Source of the DNA: Promethearchaeota archaeon
Lineage (GTDB): Archaea; Asgardarchaeota; Lokiarchaeia; Sigyniarchaeales; SOKP01
Assembly: GCA_048938895.1 (NCBI GenBank)
Contig: JBHLLU010000005.1
Location: 1-64,000 of the forward strand
Reading direction: 5' to 3'
DNA length: 64,000 nucleotides
The notes under the pieces were generated by a model. The model searched no databases. It saw only the letters and a list, made by a program, of their open reading frames with translations, and was not told the origin of the DNA. Position 1 is the stretch's first letter. Each line of letters opens with the position of its first letter. Position numbers and translations under genes: made by a program. Below, piece by piece: positions 26,994 through 35,221 of this stretch.

Positions 26994-28322
26994 ATATTAG
27001 GTGGAAAGGGTAGAACTTTAGTTTTATTTGCAGTATTCTTTTTAACCGCAGGTTTTGCATTTGAAAATTATTTTCTTCTCTATTTTGGGGTATTGATGCT
27101 ATTTAGTACCATCATTAGTTTACCTGTTTTCTACTATAAAATGAACATAGAAGAACTCCGAGTTCACAGAGAATTAGAAAAAGAGAAAGTCTTTAAAGAT
27201 GACTTTGTTCATATTAAGGTTATAATTGAAAATACAGGAAGAAATAGTTTTGATTTCTTAGAAATTAGGGATATTTATAACCCTCAACTTTTCAGACTAA
27301 TATTAGGAGAGAATTTTATTTCAACAAGGATTGGACCAAAAGAAACCGTAAAATTTTCATACGTACTTGAACCAAAAGTACGAGGTGAGTATGCATTAGG
27401 ACCTTTATCTATAATTGTTAAAGATAGATTAGGGTTCAATTCTGTTGAAAGAATTGTACCCGACAGTGTTACTGATATATTAATATATCCCCCTTATGAA
27501 GATATAAAAAGAATTGAAATACTGGGATCGAAACGATCTCTACAGCTAAATTATGGTTTACAAAGATCAAAACAAAAAGGTCTTGGTTCAGAATTTTACG
27601 GGATGCGTAAATACGTGTTTGGTGATCAATTTAGACTAATTGATTGGAAAGCAAGTGCAAGATCTCAGACATTAATTGTAAAGGAATATGAAGATGAGAG
27701 AGATGTAACTGTAATGATACTTGTTGATTCCTCAGAAACTATGGCAGGGGGAGCAATAGAAAACACAAAATTTGAATATGCAATAAGAGCTTGTATGCTT
27801 TTAACAAAAGTAGCATTAACAAGAAGAGATAATGTTGGAGTGTTCACTTTTTCTGATAGAAAAAACTTTAACTTTCTAAAACCAAATAGCGGTGATGATC
27901 ACTTTTATCAAGTTTTAGATTTTGTAGCTCGAGTTAAACCTGAAGGAAAATGTAAAATCGGGGAAGCAATGGAATTTTTTACTAGACGCTTTCAAAAACG
28001 AAGTCTAATTTTTCTTATTTCAGATCTAGAAGCTGATCCTAAGGAAATTAGCCAGTCAATAAAAAAACTTGTACCTTTCAACCATACTATAATTGTAATC
28101 AACCCTTTTAGCCCATGGTTTGAAATCCATGAGATTGACTTATCTTCTACTGATAAAGCTCTAGCAGAGGCAATAAGCGAAGCAATGATGGAACATATCT
28201 TAACTATAAAACAAGAAGTTCGTAATGTTGGAATAAATCTTATAACGTGTGGGCCTGATGATATGATGAATCAAGTATTAGGCACTTATATGGAAGCAAA
28301 AAAGAAAGGCTTAGCATATTAA
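26994..28322 (+). CDS. DUF58 / vWA-domain protein (MoxR partner); ATA start at 26994 inferred, ORF track start 27093
   Basis: GSEFYGMRKYVFGDQFRLIDWKASAR, VKEYEDE, MIDAS-like DSSETM, LISD; N-terminal TM hairpin. Confidence 0.92.
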   Translation: MLGGKGRTLVLFAVFFLTAGFAFENYFLLYFGVLMLFSTIISLPVFYYKMNIEELRVHRELEKEKVFKDDFVHIKVIIENTGRNSFDFLEIRDIYNPQLFRLILGENFISTRIGPKETVKFSYVLEPKVRGEYALGPLSIIVKDRLGFNSVERIVPDSVTDILIYPPYEDIKRIEILGSKRSLQLNYGLQRSKQKGLGSEFYGMRKYVFGDQFRLIDWKASARSQTLIVKEYEDERDVTVMILVDSSETMAGGAIENTKFEYAIRACMLLTKVALTRRDNVGVFTFSDRKNFNFLKPNSGDDHFYQVLDFVARVKPEGKCKIGEAMEFFTRRFQKRSLIFLISDLEADPKEISQSIKKLVPFNHTIIVINPFSPWFEIHEIDLSSTDKALAEAISEAMMEHILTIKQEVRNVGINLITCGPDDMMNQVLGTYMEAKKKGLAY

Positions 28323-28339
28323 AAGAGGTATATTCGAAT

Positions 28340-29782
28340 ATGGTGAGAAGTTATTTATTAACACTAAAAATAATAAACTTGGGAGTGTATACTTGGTTAT
28401 TAACCATCTTCTTATTATCAATTTTTGACTTTGACGCGGTTATTACTACAGCAGATAATGAATATGTAATTTTTGCTTTTTTCGGAGCGATTAGAAATGT
28501 TTTTTCTTACCTTATATACGGAGGAGGTCTACTAATAGCTTATTTTTTTGCAATAGCTACAGCTGGACCTTATAGTCCATATTTGTTTAGATTTCTTGAA
28601 GGATTTTTTGAAAGATATTTAAGTGGCTGGTTTTCGATTGGATCACCTAATTTAAAAGAAATTCCTGACTTGATGTTAAATGAATTAGAGGTATTGTTTA
28701 ATGATCTCTACTTATTTTCATTTCAGATCTTAATTGTAATTTCAATTCTTTATGCTATAAGAGCTTTCTTTAAAAGCGATCCAAAGAACCATCTTACAGC
28801 AATGGGAGCAATAATACTCATGATTGTACTTCCATTAATCGTATTTGGATTAAGGGAGATGTTAGCCCTCTTTAATTTGCAATTTGATTATTTAGATGAA
28901 ATGGTAGATCCAATTGATCCAAGTTTATTTGAAATTCCCTTAGATAATTTTTTCCTCTTTATAGCAAGTCCTGTTATCGGTTTTGCTATTATCTCCTATA
29001 TTTATTTAGAATTAGCATTTCAAGTTAATTATACTGATACGGTTACAAAACCTTCCTTAGAGAGGAGTGACAGACTTGAAGCTCAACTAGATATTTTAGC
29101 CCGGGAGTCACATTTTATAACAGCCAATGTTGACAAGATAAGAGAAGAAGCTAAAAAAAGAATGGAAGAAATTGAACTTGAATATGAAGAAGGACTTGCT
29201 ATTGGTAAATTTTTTGCGAGAACAGGTAAAAGATTTTCTTATGTAAAGGAAATGATTGAGAGAAGAAAATTAGAGGAAGAAGAGAAGAAACTGGTTACTG
29301 CTGCGTCAAAGACTAGAAGACTGGGAAGATACATTAGTCGTCTCTTTCAAGAGGATAGTGAAGCGCGAGATACTTTAACTGCAAGTTCTTCTGCCCCTCG
29401 AGCCGGAAATCTCGCAATATCGACATTAATAAATTTTGCTTATCGGATGGGATTATTACTAATAATTAGCTTCATTATAATCCATCCCCTCTGGTTTCTA
29501 GATACGGTTATTCAGTTACCTCCAGCAATAACGGAAAGCGTTGTAATGTATTCCCCAGAAGTGATTATCATCATATTATTGCCAATTATGTTGACTTTTC
29601 CTGTCATTTCACAGCTAATTTCTTTTATTAAACATAGAAATTTGATAATACGTTTACAACAGGAAGGAAGGATAAAAGAACTTCTTACATCTGTTGGAGA
29701 TTATGTAAAAATAGAACAAGCTGAAAAAGAAGAAAAAGAGGAAGAAACGACCGAAGTAGCAACATCAGAATCTACTACTTAA
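28340..29782 (+). CDS. Polytopic membrane protein with a cytoplasmic coiled coil; last gene of the MoxR operon
   Basis: About 7 hydrophobic segments and a charged helical loop; 17 nt after the DUF58 gene, SD GAGGT. Confidence 0.8.
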   Translation: MVRSYLLTLKIINLGVYTWLLTIFLLSIFDFDAVITTADNEYVIFAFFGAIRNVFSYLIYGGGLLIAYFFAIATAGPYSPYLFRFLEGFFERYLSGWFSIGSPNLKEIPDLMLNELEVLFNDLYLFSFQILIVISILYAIRAFFKSDPKNHLTAMGAIILMIVLPLIVFGLREMLALFNLQFDYLDEMVDPIDPSLFEIPLDNFFLFIASPVIGFAIISYIYLELAFQVNYTDTVTKPSLERSDRLEAQLDILARESHFITANVDKIREEAKKRMEEIELEYEEGLAIGKFFARTGKRFSYVKEMIERRKLEEEEKKLVTAASKTRRLGRYISRLFQEDSEARDTLTASSSAPRAGNLAISTLINFAYRMGLLLIISFIIIHPLWFLDTVIQLPPAITESVVMYSPEVIIIILLPIMLTFPVISQLISFIKHRNLIIRLQQEGRIKELLTSVGDYVKIEQAEKEEKEEETTEVATSESTT

Positions 29783-29803
29783 TATCTTAATATCCAATTC
29801 ATT

Positions 29804-30736
29804 CTAATTTAGATTTATAATAAACTTTGCTAAATCCACTTTTTTCTTTAAATTTACCATTAATGTATCATAACAATAACAATTCATTCCTAACTCTTCG
29901 ATTTTAGGTTTTAACTTACAATCCTTATTATCTATGACAAAATGACCTAGAAAATCATGATAAAACTTTGCAACTCCAACACATGAAACTTCTAAACCTA
30001 AACATTTCATTAATTTATCAGCGGGGCCTTTAACTGTTAAACCTTCAATAATCGGGCTTATCCCATAAACCTTATCCTTAACTTCTGAAAGTGCTTTTCT
30101 GATACCTTTTATCCCTAGGATTGTTCCAATAGATACAATTGGGTTTGAAGGGCATATAATGATTTTTTTAGCCTTTTTTATATATTCAAATGTTTGTTCT
30201 ATAGGTAATGCCTCTTTAATTCCCCTGAATTCTATATCCAAGACCTCTGGTTTGCATTGATATTTTATAAAATATTCTTCGAAATGCATCCAATCACTTG
30301 GAGTTTTTATATAAGTCTCCACAGGCTCATTACACATTGGAATAAGCTCAGCTTTTATTCCTAAATTATTACATATCAATTTTGTGATTTGAACTTTATT
30401 AAATCCTTTACTGAATAAGTCTGTACGATAAATATGAGTTGCTATATCCTTATCACCAGCATTAAACCACCCATAATCATAATAATATTTAAGAACACCT
30501 AAACAGTTAAATGAATCATCTTGATATCCCCATCCTTTCTCAGTATCCACTACTTTTGCTAAAGTATAAGTTATTATATCCAAATCAGGGCAAATTTTAA
30601 GACCAAAAAGTTCAATATCGTCTCCCGTGTTTACAACAATTTTTAATAAATCTTGCTCTACACAATTATCTATTCCTTCTATTAACTTTGCAGCTCCTAC
30701 ACCGCCAGCTAATATTAGATAATAGTCTTCACTCAT
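29804..30736 (-). CDS. cofD: 2-phospho-L-lactate transferase (F420 biosynthesis)
   Basis: LAGGVGAAK, VNTGDD, ICPDLD, GDKD, HFEEYF, PSNPIVSI, GPADKLM. Confidence 0.96.
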   Translation of the reverse strand: MSEDYYLILAGGVGAAKLIEGIDNCVEQDLLKIVVNTGDDIELFGLKICPDLDIITYTLAKVVDTEKGWGYQDDSFNCLGVLKYYYDYGWFNAGDKDIATHIYRTDLFSKGFNKVQITKLICNNLGIKAELIPMCNEPVETYIKTPSDWMHFEEYFIKYQCKPEVLDIEFRGIKEALPIEQTFEYIKKAKKIIICPSNPIVSIGTILGIKGIRKALSEVKDKVYGISPIIEGLTVKGPADKLMKCLGLEVSCVGVAKFYHDFLGHFVIDNKDCKLKPKIEELGMNCYCYDTLMVNLKKKVDLAKFIINLN

Positions 30737-30751
30737 TATTCACAACTTATG

Positions 30752-32164
30752 CTAAATTTTTGGTTCAAAGATTACTTCATGAAGCTCTTTACGAGCAGGG
30801 GCATTTATATTCTTTAAAGGATATCCTACAGTGAAAAATGCCATAGGTACATAAGTTTCAGGAAGATTAAGAGCTTGCTTCACTACATCCTTAGCAAATA
30901 AAGGAGCACAATACCAACATGCAGCCAACTTTTTAATTTCAAGAGCAAGCAGTAAATATAATGCTGAACTACTAATACTCTGTACACCTAAAATAAATTC
31001 ATTAAATATTCGTTCTTCATCTGTATAGGGTTCTAATACTCGTTTATCTAAGCATAATAATATAAGTAGAGGTGCTTCGATGAATTTGTCTCTAGTTTTA
31101 TTTATTTTAAAATTAATGAAATCTTCTCCTTTCCTATCTTTTTTGAGATCGTCTTTTAATTTTTCATTCATTTTATCTATTAGTACCTTTCGTAAATCAT
31201 TATTTTCTAAAATTATATACCTCCAATGCTGTCCATTATGCGCACTTGGAGCCCATCGAGCTATTTCAATACATTCCTCTACCGTTTTTCTTTCAACTCT
31301 TTTTTTTTCAAATTCAAATTTATAACTCCTACGATTTTTCATAACATTAATCAAGTTTTCCTCTATTGGTTCTCTAAATAAATCAAGCTCTTTTTTTCTT
31401 AAAATAGATTCAATTTTAGCTTCTTCATTTAAATTAAATTTATATCCTCTTATTAACACAACTGGAATGCCTTCATCAGCTTCACCCATAACCAATTGAG
31501 CTGCTGAAGCAAGACTATCCACTTGAGCAATCATAGTTGTTTGAAGTTCATACCCAAATAAATCCTTTTTACCTCGCATATCTAAAATAGGATTTATTCC
31601 CGAAACACCTATAGCAACTCCAACCGCTCCAATTCTAAATGGTCTTCCAAACGAATCCGATATGATTACACCAATATCTTTAGATGTCTTTTCCTTAATA
31701 GCATTCCTTATTTTCTCAGCATCCTTATCTGGGTTTTCCGGTAATAATGAAATTGTATCTTTTCCTTCTATATTGGATTTATCAATTCCTGCATCAGCAC
31801 AAATAAATCCATGTTTTGTTTCAGTAATTAAAACATGCTCTGTTTTTATTATGTCTTCAGATTCCTCTAAAATCGCTTGAATTAGCCTAGGATCTTTTAA
31901 GGGCAGACCTTGATTTCCTGATTTTGCAGAATAGATTCTATGTAATTCAATAGCTTTCTCACTACATTCGATTTCATTTAGATTTCTGGTTCTACCATTG
32001 CTTTTAGAGATTAGAGTTTGTGCAATTACTAATATATCACCATCACATATATTAAGGTCTTTTTTTTTTATACTCTCTAAAATAAGTTTTGGAATATTAT
32101 CACCTTTTTTGACAAGGGGAATATCCTCAAGTCCAACAATATTAATCTCTTTCGTTATATCCAT
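30752..32164 (-). CDS. cofE: Coenzyme F420-0:gamma-glutamyl ligase fused to a C-terminal nitroreductase (FbiB-like)
   Basis: ISKS.GR, ETKHGFICADAGIDKSN, SDSFGRPFR, GEADEGIPVV; C-terminal RRSY..WAPSAHNGQHW. Confidence 0.94.
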   Translation of the reverse strand: MDITKEINIVGLEDIPLVKKGDNIPKLILESIKKKDLNICDGDILVIAQTLISKSNGRTRNLNEIECSEKAIELHRIYSAKSGNQGLPLKDPRLIQAILEESEDIIKTEHVLITETKHGFICADAGIDKSNIEGKDTISLLPENPDKDAEKIRNAIKEKTSKDIGVIISDSFGRPFRIGAVGVAIGVSGINPILDMRGKKDLFGYELQTTMIAQVDSLASAAQLVMGEADEGIPVVLIRGYKFNLNEEAKIESILRKKELDLFREPIEENLINVMKNRRSYKFEFEKKRVERKTVEECIEIARWAPSAHNGQHWRYIILENNDLRKVLIDKMNEKLKDDLKKDRKGEDFINFKINKTRDKFIEAPLLILLCLDKRVLEPYTDEERIFNEFILGVQSISSSALYLLLALEIKKLAACWYCAPLFAKDVVKQALNLPETYVPMAFFTVGYPLKNINAPARKELHEVIFEPKI

Positions 32165-32170
32165 ACTAAA

Positions 32171-33232
32171 TCAATCTATAACATTTAAATATCTTTTAAG
32201 ATCAGTTTCCTTGCTTCGTGCTAGCTCTTCAAATTTGGAAGGAATAGCACAACAAGCAGAATAAAATTGAAATTTTATTTCAGAATTTTGCTTTTTTAGC
32301 CACTTGAGTGTATTCTTCGAAGGAATCTCAATTCTTGTAATTCCCGCTTTTAATGCATTTTTTTCCACTTCTAATTTAATAGTACCACGAGGTCTCATGC
32401 ACCCAAGCGAAATTTCAGTTGAAGGAAAAATAAACCGAATCAATGCAATTATTTTTGCTATTGCCTCTGGTTGTGGGGTTTCAAATTTTATTTTAGAATT
32501 TTTTGGAGGGATTAATGCAATAATAACTATTAAAGGAGGGGATCCCAAATTTTCTTGAATGAATTTTACTGAATCTAATTCTTTATTAAGCTTGCCATAA
32601 TGTAGTCCGACACAGATATGAGGTACTATATTTAGATTATGCTGTTTTAATAAATCAAGTGCAATTTTATATTCATTTAACTCAATGTCTAAATGATATA
32701 TGTCTCTAACCACTTCATTATCCATATTAATATCAAAAGAAATTATGTCCACATTTGCATCTGCAAGTTTTTTTGCTGTTTCCTCTTTCAATAATCCTGT
32801 ATGTGTATTTATTATTAACTCTGTTTCTTTTTTTATTTTCTTAATGGCATCTATAAAATTTAATAAGGGAACAGAACCATCTGATTCACTTCCGCCCGAA
32901 ATTAATGCTCCTACTCCATTTTCTTTATAAAGATCTAATAAAAATTGCTCTAAATCTTTATTGTCCAAGATTGCTTTCATTCCTTTTAAATATTTTTTAT
33001 TGCAATGCTCACATTCTAACGCACAATTACTACCTGTTATGCTAATTGCGGGGAATTTCTTGGTAGGATTATAAATTTTTAGTAAATTTCCAAAATTATT
33101 TTTAGTAATATTCTGCGCTAATCGATAAAAGGGCTCTAAGTCTTTAGATTTTAATGATAGAAATTCAGAATAATCTGACCATGATGCATTTCCAGATTCT
33201 ATCTTTTCCAATAACTCTTGATTTCTACTCAT
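32171..33232 (-). CDS. lipS1: Archaeal lipoyl synthase component LipS1 (radical SAM)
   Basis: CALECEHC radical SAM motif plus GCMR and CC motifs; adjacent to a lipoate ligase and LipS2. Confidence 0.8.
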   Translation of the reverse strand: MSRNQELLEKIESGNASWSDYSEFLSLKSKDLEPFYRLAQNITKNNFGNLLKIYNPTKKFPAISITGSNCALECEHCNKKYLKGMKAILDNKDLEQFLLDLYKENGVGALISGGSESDGSVPLLNFIDAIKKIKKETELIINTHTGLLKEETAKKLADANVDIISFDINMDNEVVRDIYHLDIELNEYKIALDLLKQHNLNIVPHICVGLHYGKLNKELDSVKFIQENLGSPPLIVIIALIPPKNSKIKFETPQPEAIAKIIALIRFIFPSTEISLGCMRPRGTIKLEVEKNALKAGITRIEIPSKNTLKWLKKQNSEIKFQFYSACCAIPSKFEELARSKETDLKRYLNVID

Positions 33233-34004
33233 ACTTATTTAACCATTCGAAACGTGAATATTTATCATATACTAATCTCTTAGCTAAATTTAATTCTTCT
33301 TCTGAAAATAATTTTTCTTTAACTTTTATCCCTAAAGTCTGCTGGAAGCCACATTTTAATGAGTTAATAAGATTTTTTTCATTAAAGTTAGGGATCTGAT
33401 TTTTAATCCCTACACATTTTGCTCGAACAGACCTTACCATCCGAGATTTCCCTATGTGTTCAGGTGCTCTTAATACAGAATACATCAAATCAGGATCTAT
33501 ATCCAGTAATATAGTTCCATGTTGAAGAACATATCCTTTTTTTCTTACTTGTGCGTTCCCGGAAAATTTTTTACCATCAAGTAAAATTGCAGGACAATGA
33601 ATAACATCTTTTTCAGTTTTTAATCCATAAATTGTAAGTCCTTTAATAATTCCTTGAGTTATAATTTCAAATTGTTCTATAACTCTTCTAGCACCTAATT
33701 TTTCTAAAAATTTAATAGGGCAAACAATTGAATAGGTAATTTCATTTGTTTCATCATGAAAAACTGCACCCCCTCCAGTTATTCTTCTTACAATATTAAA
33801 TCCTCTATTTTCAGCAAAATCAGTGTTTATCTCATCATTTAGACTTTGATTTCTCCCAATACTGGCAGTTGATGGCTTCCATTTATAAAATCGTAATGTG
33901 TTTGGGGATTGATGTTCAATTACCTGTCTTAATATAGCCTCATCTAAAGCCATATTCCAAAAACCATTTCTAACCTCTAACGGTAAATAGCGCCAAGTAT
34001 CCAT
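33225..34004 (-). CDS. lplA: Lipoate-protein ligase / octanoyltransferase family protein
   Basis: NMALDEA, SIGRNQ, VRRITGGGAVFHD, GKKFSGNAQ, QHGT. Confidence 0.9.
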   Translation of the reverse strand: MDTWRYLPLEVRNGFWNMALDEAILRQVIEHQSPNTLRFYKWKPSTASIGRNQSLNDEINTDFAENRGFNIVRRITGGGAVFHDETNEITYSIVCPIKFLEKLGARRVIEQFEIITQGIIKGLTIYGLKTEKDVIHCPAILLDGKKFSGNAQVRKKGYVLQHGTILLDIDPDLMYSVLRAPEHIGKSRMVRSVRAKCVGIKNQIPNFNEKNLINSLKCGFQQTLGIKVKEKLFSEEELNLAKRLVYDKYSRFEWLNKYE

Positions 34005-34022
34005 TTTTATTAAATATATTTT

Positions 34023-35033
34023 TTAATTAACTAAATTTAACAATATTTCATAGATTTCTTGTTTTTCGTTTTCACCCAACTCCCGTGGGTAATTATAAAT
34101 GGGACCTGATGGTTTTGAAGTATAATATGGACGATTACAGCCTGGACAACCTGAAGTGAAGAAAGCATCAGTATCATCTATAATATTTCTTAATTCTCTC
34201 TTACTTATATTAAAATTAATAAGATCTCCTTTCATATTAAAAGTGAAATCTTTTATATCTTTATCTCTATCAACAATAAGATATCTTCCTAGTTGTAACT
34301 TTCTAAAACTTAGAAGAGGTGGTTGACTTTTACTTTCTAGTTTTGTTCCTTTTATAGGTGTAAAGGCAAAAAGGGAAACTAAAATATGTAAACTATTTAA
34401 CTCAATAATTCGTTCTATCACATCTTTTTCTGTTTCACCCAATCCAATTATTAAATGAGTACTTACAAAACCTTCTGAGAAAATTTCCAAAGCTTCCTTC
34501 AATTTGTAAATATGATCATCCCATTTATAAGGACCGTTTACACCAAGCCCCTTGATATCATCAAAAATCTCGGGAGTAACCCCGTCTAATGCTATCCCTA
34601 CTCTTTCAACTCCAATTAATTTTAGTTCTTTCAGATTTTCCCTCGAAAGAGGAGGAATCGCAACTGAAATCGGTGTATCAGTATGTTTTTTAATTTCGGT
34701 AATGATATTTATGAGATCTGTTACATTTTCGGGATAATTAAGAGTTTGAATACATATTCTATCAAATTTTTGTGATGTGCGCAAATATTTCAACTTTGTT
34801 AAGAAATCCTTAAATAAAAAAACAGGCCAATTGATACGTGAGAGCATTTCCTCCGAACCTTTAGAAGAACGTGCTTGTGGACAAAATCCACAATTAGCAG
34901 TACAATACCCTTCTTTATAGGTCATTATATAACATGTAGTGGGAAGATCTTTGAATTTAGTTATTGAACCTAAACTTAAAACTGAAGCACTTCCAATAGA
35001 CACTCTAATTTTTTCTATATTCATAACTCTCAT
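34023..35033 (-). CDS. lipS2: Archaeal lipoyl synthase component LipS2 (radical SAM)
   Basis: CTANCGFC radical SAM motif and TSGCPGCNRP. Confidence 0.82.
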   Translation of the reverse strand: MRVMNIEKIRVSIGSASVLSLGSITKFKDLPTTCYIMTYKEGYCTANCGFCPQARSSKGSEEMLSRINWPVFLFKDFLTKLKYLRTSQKFDRICIQTLNYPENVTDLINIITEIKKHTDTPISVAIPPLSRENLKELKLIGVERVGIALDGVTPEIFDDIKGLGVNGPYKWDDHIYKLKEALEIFSEGFVSTHLIIGLGETEKDVIERIIELNSLHILVSLFAFTPIKGTKLESKSQPPLLSFRKLQLGRYLIVDRDKDIKDFTFNMKGDLINFNISKRELRNIIDDTDAFFTSGCPGCNRPYYTSKPSGPIYNYPRELGENEKQEIYEILLNLVN

Positions 35034-35221
35034 TAGTAAGAATAGAAAATTAAGTTTTATTGCTTCGTATTATAATACACAAATTCAATATAATTAAACC
35101 TATTTTATGAAATATCCAGATTTTCCAACGGAAAATGTCTAGATAAAAATTTTATTGAACCAATTATTTAAATATTAAATAAGAAGTATACACCTCAACT
35201 TAAAAGAAGTGTTTTTGGTAA

